In this document: one piece after another, positions 25,195 to 28,569 of the stretch
How positions within the stretch are numbered: the first letter of the stretch is position 1
Layout of the letters: each line of letters starts with the position of its first letter
From: a virus
UHGV virus genome: UHGV-0000020
Direction: 5' to 3' (one strand)
Length of the DNA: 28,569 nt
The notes under the pieces: generated by a model
The model's input: the letters and a program-made list of their open reading frames with translations, nothing else
Told to the model about the DNA's origin: nothing
The model's database searches: none
Made by a program: the position numbers and the translations under genes

Positions 25195-25704
25195 TCACAC
25201 CAAACCGAACGTTGCGCCAATGCCAGTCATGGTATCGACAACACTCGACATTGCCGGGTTGGACTGAAGCCGAGCATGTAACGCCAGTGCAGACAGTGAC
25301 AGCATGCGAATACCAGAATTAACGCTTTCGACCATGCTGTGCTTACGGTCAGAGGTCAGACGTTCAGTCGATACAGCACCGGTTGCCAGCTCGCCAAGTT
25401 CACTCATTGCACGCATGACATAGGTCTGAAGTTTGTCTTTTGCTAACTCATTCACTGGCACACAAGGAAGACAATGAATCTGAGCGAGAAAGCCATCAAC
25501 GAGGGTTGAGTCTTCAGTCAGGTCAGTCAGTAGCCACAATTCAGGCGGTGTGAACTGGTGAGGCTGTTCCGGGTTGAGCTTGTTACGTAACGTTTGAACG
25601 TTCATACCCGCACGCTCGGCCAGCTTCGCCATGTTGTGACGCTGCGCAAAGGCCCGACATGCTTCGTCGAAGTGGGGATGTTTGGAAACCTGAAAATCAA
25701 ACAT
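25195..25704 (-). CDS. B: Replication protein B-like (start 25704 or 25728)
   Basis: About 169 aa (MFDFQVSKHPHFDEACRAFAQRHNMAKLAERAGMNVQTLRNKLNPEQPHQFTPPELWLLTDL...), at the P2 B position in the early operon upstream of A; GGAG Shine-Dalgarno before ATG 25704. Confidence 0.65.
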   Translation of the reverse strand: MFDFQVSKHPHFDEACRAFAQRHNMAKLAERAGMNVQTLRNKLNPEQPHQFTPPELWLLTDLTEDSTLVDGFLAQIHCLPCVPVNELAKDKLQTYVMRAMSELGELATGAVSTERLTSDRKHSMVESVNSGIRMLSLSALALHARLQSNPAMSSVVDTMTGIGATFGLV

Positions 25705-25736
25705 GTTGAAATCTCCGTCAACTTGCATAATCAAGT

Positions 25737-26102
25737 TCAGTTAAGCGCCTGGGTGTCGGCGGGGATATAACGACAATCGATAGCTTGCTGCGTCAATTTG
25801 TCGCGCCATGCTTTGACGTTGACTAATGTGCGGCCGCGTTTATTGGCCTCTTCTTTGTTTGAGAAATCTTTGGTTGGAGCCTTGAGTAATATGCCTTTGT
25901 CGAGCCATTGCCACACAAGGCGCTCGCTGATTCCACGGGTTGCCGCGAAGTCTTCGACTGTCATAGTGTCTGACATAGCGGAGCGAATCAGGCTTTCCAT
26001 TTTTGGCAGCATTGCATCAACGATGGCCGCTAGCTGAGCGGGTTCTAAACGTAAAGTTTGATTTTGTGAGTTATCAAGCGATGTTGATTTTGCATCTGAC
26101 AT
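25737..26102 (-). CDS. First early-operon gene: putative Cox/Apl-like HTH regulator or excisionase
   Basis: 121 aa ORF immediately downstream of the candidate lytic promoter, with a helix-turn-helix-like segment MTVEDFAATRGISERLVWQWLDKGILL; occupies the cox/apl position. Functional call is by position and motif only. Confidence 0.45.
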   Translation of the reverse strand: MSDAKSTSLDNSQNQTLRLEPAQLAAIVDAMLPKMESLIRSAMSDTMTVEDFAATRGISERLVWQWLDKGILLKAPTKDFSNKEEANKRGRTLVNVKAWRDKLTQQAIDCRYIPADTQALN

Positions 26103-26164
26103 ATCGCATTATCTCCTGTTGTGTGAAATGTGGTGCAGTGGTGTGCATCTTGGTCGATGAACGC

Positions 26165-26194
26165 CACTATAGATCGTAAAAAGTTATCTGTAAA
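26165..26194 (-). promoter_or_regulatory. Candidate early (lytic) sigma70 promoter
   Basis: Minus strand reads TTTACA (26194-26189), a 17-nt spacer, then TATAGT (26170-26165), about 60 nt upstream of the first early ORF; both hexamers overlap the operator-like repeats. Confidence 0.5.
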
Positions 26195-26215
26195 CACCCA
26201 TAAAGTTATCTATAG
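26167..26215. promoter_or_regulatory. Operator-like repeat cluster between divergent early and repressor genes
   Basis: Direct repeat AAAGTTATCT at 26180-26189 and 26202-26211 (22-bp spacing) and palindromic CTATAG hexamers at 26167-26172 and 26210-26215 (CTATAGAT / ATCTATAG arms). Confidence 0.5.
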
Positions 26216-26223
26216 AGGTTTTT

Positions 26224-27087
26224 ATGAGTTCTGGGCTTGATGTTCAGTGGCGCATCGGTGCGGCAAATGGAGTTTTAGAGCGCTTGATGTCTGCGTATGG
26301 CGTGAAGATGCAGAAAGATTTGGCTGACCTGCTGGGGATTGCAAAACATAGCGTGAGTGGTTGGGTTCAGCGCGATGCGATACCGGGCAATATCATCGTG
26401 AGATGCTGTCTCGATACTGGCGCTGATATCAACTGGCTTGTAAATGGTGAACTTGCAAATGCAAACCTCGATCTCCAGCATAGTCGTTTGAAAGGCAAAG
26501 AACTCTATGACGAAATAATGACTAACGGTGGTAAAACCGTATTACGCCGTATTTTGGATGCGTATGGTTTTACGATGCAAAAAGAACTTGGTGATTTGCT
26601 AGGCATTTCCTCTGGCACCATCAGCACTTGGGTTCGTCGAGAGTTCTTTCCGGGGGATGTAGTAGTCGCCTGTGCACTTGATACCGGAGTTTCCCTTGAG
26701 TGGTTGGCTACTGGCAAAGGGCAAATGCTGGATAGTTCATCGAGAAAAAATGCTATTCAGCAAGTAATAAAAAAATGTCGATTAGAAGCCGGAGAACTCA
26801 AAGATGCAGGTGAGTGGCATCCTGACCCTTCAATGGTTCCCGACGCTCACGACAAGCTCATTTATATAGTTGGTGTTACATCATCTTGGTTAATAGATAA
26901 AGCAGTGCTGAATGTATCTAATGGCAGATGGCTCATAAGCATTGATGGTGCTTTTGACGTTTTCGACGTGATTCGATTACCAGGCGGCAAGGTTCGCCTA
27001 TCAAATAAAAATGCAGAATTTGAATGTAATCTTGCAGATATCACACCAGCCGGGGCTGTTATTTTTACCTTGGAAAAACACATATAA
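26224..27087 (+). CDS. cI: Immunity repressor, 186 CI-type, with tandemly duplicated N-terminal DNA-binding domain
   Basis: 287 aa; two homologous about 65-aa repeats (residues ~13-75 and ~103-166; LERLMSAYGVKMQKDLADLLGI...SGWVQRDAIPG...CCLDTGADINWL vs LRRILDAYGFTMQKELGDLLGI...STWVRREFFPG...CALDTGVSLEWL) resembling the phage 186 CI N-terminal domain, plus a C-terminal domain; divergent from the early operon. Confidence 0.75.
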   Translation: MSSGLDVQWRIGAANGVLERLMSAYGVKMQKDLADLLGIAKHSVSGWVQRDAIPGNIIVRCCLDTGADINWLVNGELANANLDLQHSRLKGKELYDEIMTNGGKTVLRRILDAYGFTMQKELGDLLGISSGTISTWVRREFFPGDVVVACALDTGVSLEWLATGKGQMLDSSSRKNAIQQVIKKCRLEAGELKDAGEWHPDPSMVPDAHDKLIYIVGVTSSWLIDKAVLNVSNGRWLISIDGAFDVFDVIRLPGGKVRLSNKNAEFECNLADITPAGAVIFTLEKHI

Positions 27088-27095
27088 GGATAGTT

Positions 27096-27488
27096 ATGAA
27101 ACGTTCTATTTTTGCAGTTGCTTTGCTCGCTTCTTTCTCAGTATTTGCACAGCCATCTAATTTATCTGTTCTGAAAAAATCGATGAATGAGATGCAACCA
27201 ATTTCAATTGAGGAAAGTGATAGCACCGTTGTGATTGTGCTCAACACCGCAAGCGTTACGCCAGAAATCTACGACACTGCCATTTTAGGTATCTGCAACC
27301 CCGTTTGGTTGAATAAAGAAAACACGGCATACCTTAAAAATACTAAAGAAGTACATGTGCTGAATAAATTTAGTGCCATCGGATATGCACTTGAGAAGCC
27401 ACGCGCGACATGTGAAAAGGCAGGCCAAGAACAACCAAAACAATCCCAAATTACAATTCTTTCAAACACTCATACTCTTAGTCTGTAG
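27096..27488 (+). CDS. Secreted or periplasmic protein of unknown function (moron)
   Basis: 130 aa with Sec-type signal peptide MKRSIFAVALLASFSVFA and likely cleavage before QPS; AAGGA Shine-Dalgarno; 8 nt after the cI stop and upstream of int; AT-rich. Confidence 0.7.
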   Translation: MKRSIFAVALLASFSVFAQPSNLSVLKKSMNEMQPISIEESDSTVVIVLNTASVTPEIYDTAILGICNPVWLNKENTAYLKNTKEVHVLNKFSAIGYALEKPRATCEKAGQEQPKQSQITILSNTHTLSL

Positions 27489-27519
27489 CACGTAAATCAT
27501 CATATAGCCTCGGTGTATT

Positions 27520-28569
27520 ATGACTGTAAGCAAACAAAAAAACGGCAAATGGTTATGTGAGCTCTATCCAAACGGTCGGGAAGGGCGGCGTATACGTCGA
27601 CACTTCAACACCAAAGGTGAGGCCGAGGCTTTTGAGCTTTACACAAAAAATGAAAGTGAAGACAAGCCGTGGCTCGGAAAGAAAGAAGACCGACGGCGTT
27701 TAAGTGAAATTATTCAGCTTTGGCATAATTTACACGGACAGGCTCTAGTCGCGAGCAAATCAAGATTGGCTAAATTGCAGATTGTGTGTAATGGCCTTGG
27801 CGACCCTATCGCATCCCGTCTCACAGCTAAGGATTGGGCTCACTATCGTGATAAACGGCTTCGTGGTGAAATTGATAATGGGTATCACAAAGACCCTGAG
27901 AAATGGATAGCTAAACCGATTACGGTCAACCGTGAACAGCAGTATTTAGAGGCCGTTTTCAATGAGCTAAAGCGGTTAGGGGAATGGTCGCTACCAAACC
28001 CTCTCGATGGCATTCGCGTCTTTAAAGAAGCTGAAAAGGAAATGTCATGGCTAACGATCGAGCAAATACCTCAACTTTTACAGGCATGTCATCAGTATGG
28101 ACACGAAGACCTTACACAGATTGTTGAGATTTGTTTAGCTACCGGCGCGAGATGGAGTGAGGCAGAGCGATTGACTCGTCCGCAGCTTTCGCCCTACAAA
28201 CTGACTTTCACAAAAACGAAAGGCAAAAAAAATCGTACAGTCCCGATCACAAAATGGCTTTACGAAAAATTATCCACACGACAGGGGCGAATGTTTAAGC
28301 CTTGCTATCAGGAGTTCAAAAAAATGCTTTTGCTCACTGATATCGAACTGACGGAAGGCCAGAAAACCCATGTTTTACGCCACACCTTTGGTGCGCATTT
28401 TATGATGAACGGCGGTAACATCCTTGTTCTTCAGAAGATACTTGGTCACGCTAACATTCGTGAAACAATGAAGTATTCGCACTTTGCACCAGACCATCTT
28501 GAGCAGGCTGTTACATTGAATCCCTTGTCGTTAGCTATTGGCGACAAAGTGGCGACAGAGGTTGCGTAA
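27520..28569 (+). CDS. int: Tyrosine integrase (P2 Int family)
   Basis: 349 aa; N-terminal GREGRRIRRHFNTKGEAEAFE arm-binding-like domain and C-terminal catalytic motifs ...LATGARWSEAERL... HVLRHTFGAHFMMNGG...LGHANIRETMKYSHF; TAA at 28567-28569. Confidence 0.92.
   Translation: MTVSKQKNGKWLCELYPNGREGRRIRRHFNTKGEAEAFELYTKNESEDKPWLGKKEDRRRLSEIIQLWHNLHGQALVASKSRLAKLQIVCNGLGDPIASRLTAKDWAHYRDKRLRGEIDNGYHKDPEKWIAKPITVNREQQYLEAVFNELKRLGEWSLPNPLDGIRVFKEAEKEMSWLTIEQIPQLLQACHQYGHEDLTQIVEICLATGARWSEAERLTRPQLSPYKLTFTKTKGKKNRTVPITKWLYEKLSTRQGRMFKPCYQEFKKMLLLTDIELTEGQKTHVLRHTFGAHFMMNGGNILVLQKILGHANIRETMKYSHFAPDHLEQAVTLNPLSLAIGDKVATEVA

Larger units (their letters stand above)
311..28569. mobile_element. P2/186-family prophage, near-complete; left boundary approximate, right att site beyond window
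   Basis: Contiguous, syntenic set of P2-like genes (ogr, D, U, T, E/E', FII, FI, G, H, I, J, W, V, S, R, lysis genes, X, L, M, N, O, P, Q, cos, A, B, repressor, int) inserted next to a host housekeeping gene. Confidence 0.9.

Noticed and set aside
26275-26717. Minus-strand ORFs of 68 and 70 aa inside the repressor gene
   Set aside because: Antisense to the well-supported repressor CDS; no ribosome-binding sites; AT-rich shadow frames.

Overview
The window holds the 3' end of host rplS (ribosomal protein L19) and its terminator, followed by an essentially complete P2/186-family temperate myovirus prophage (about nt 311-28569), inverted relative to the canonical P2 map. All calls rest on reading the six-frame translations and the raw sequence; no database search was run. 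On the minus strand run ogr, tail genes D-U-T-E/E'-FII-FI, a DNA-invertase remnant, tail fibre assembly G and fibre H, baseplate I-J-W-V, S, R, a lysis cassette, X, L and capsid genes M-N-O. Terminase P and portal Q are on the plus strand, followed by a cos-like site. Between cos and replication gene A lies a small AT-rich accessory locus where P2 carries old/tin: a near-consensus LexA box, a DinI-like ORF split from an upstream acidic ORF by one in-frame amber codon, and a translationally coupled 67-aa ORF plus 33-aa transmembrane peptide. Rightward of A are B and small early ORFs, then a divergent immunity region encoding a 186-type CI repressor with a tandemly duplicated DNA-binding domain, a signal-peptide moron, and a P2-type integrase ending at the window edge. 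The second att site is outside the window. The most interesting candidates for novelty are the cos-proximal accessory locus, the duplicated-domain repressor with its operator repeats, and the secreted moron.
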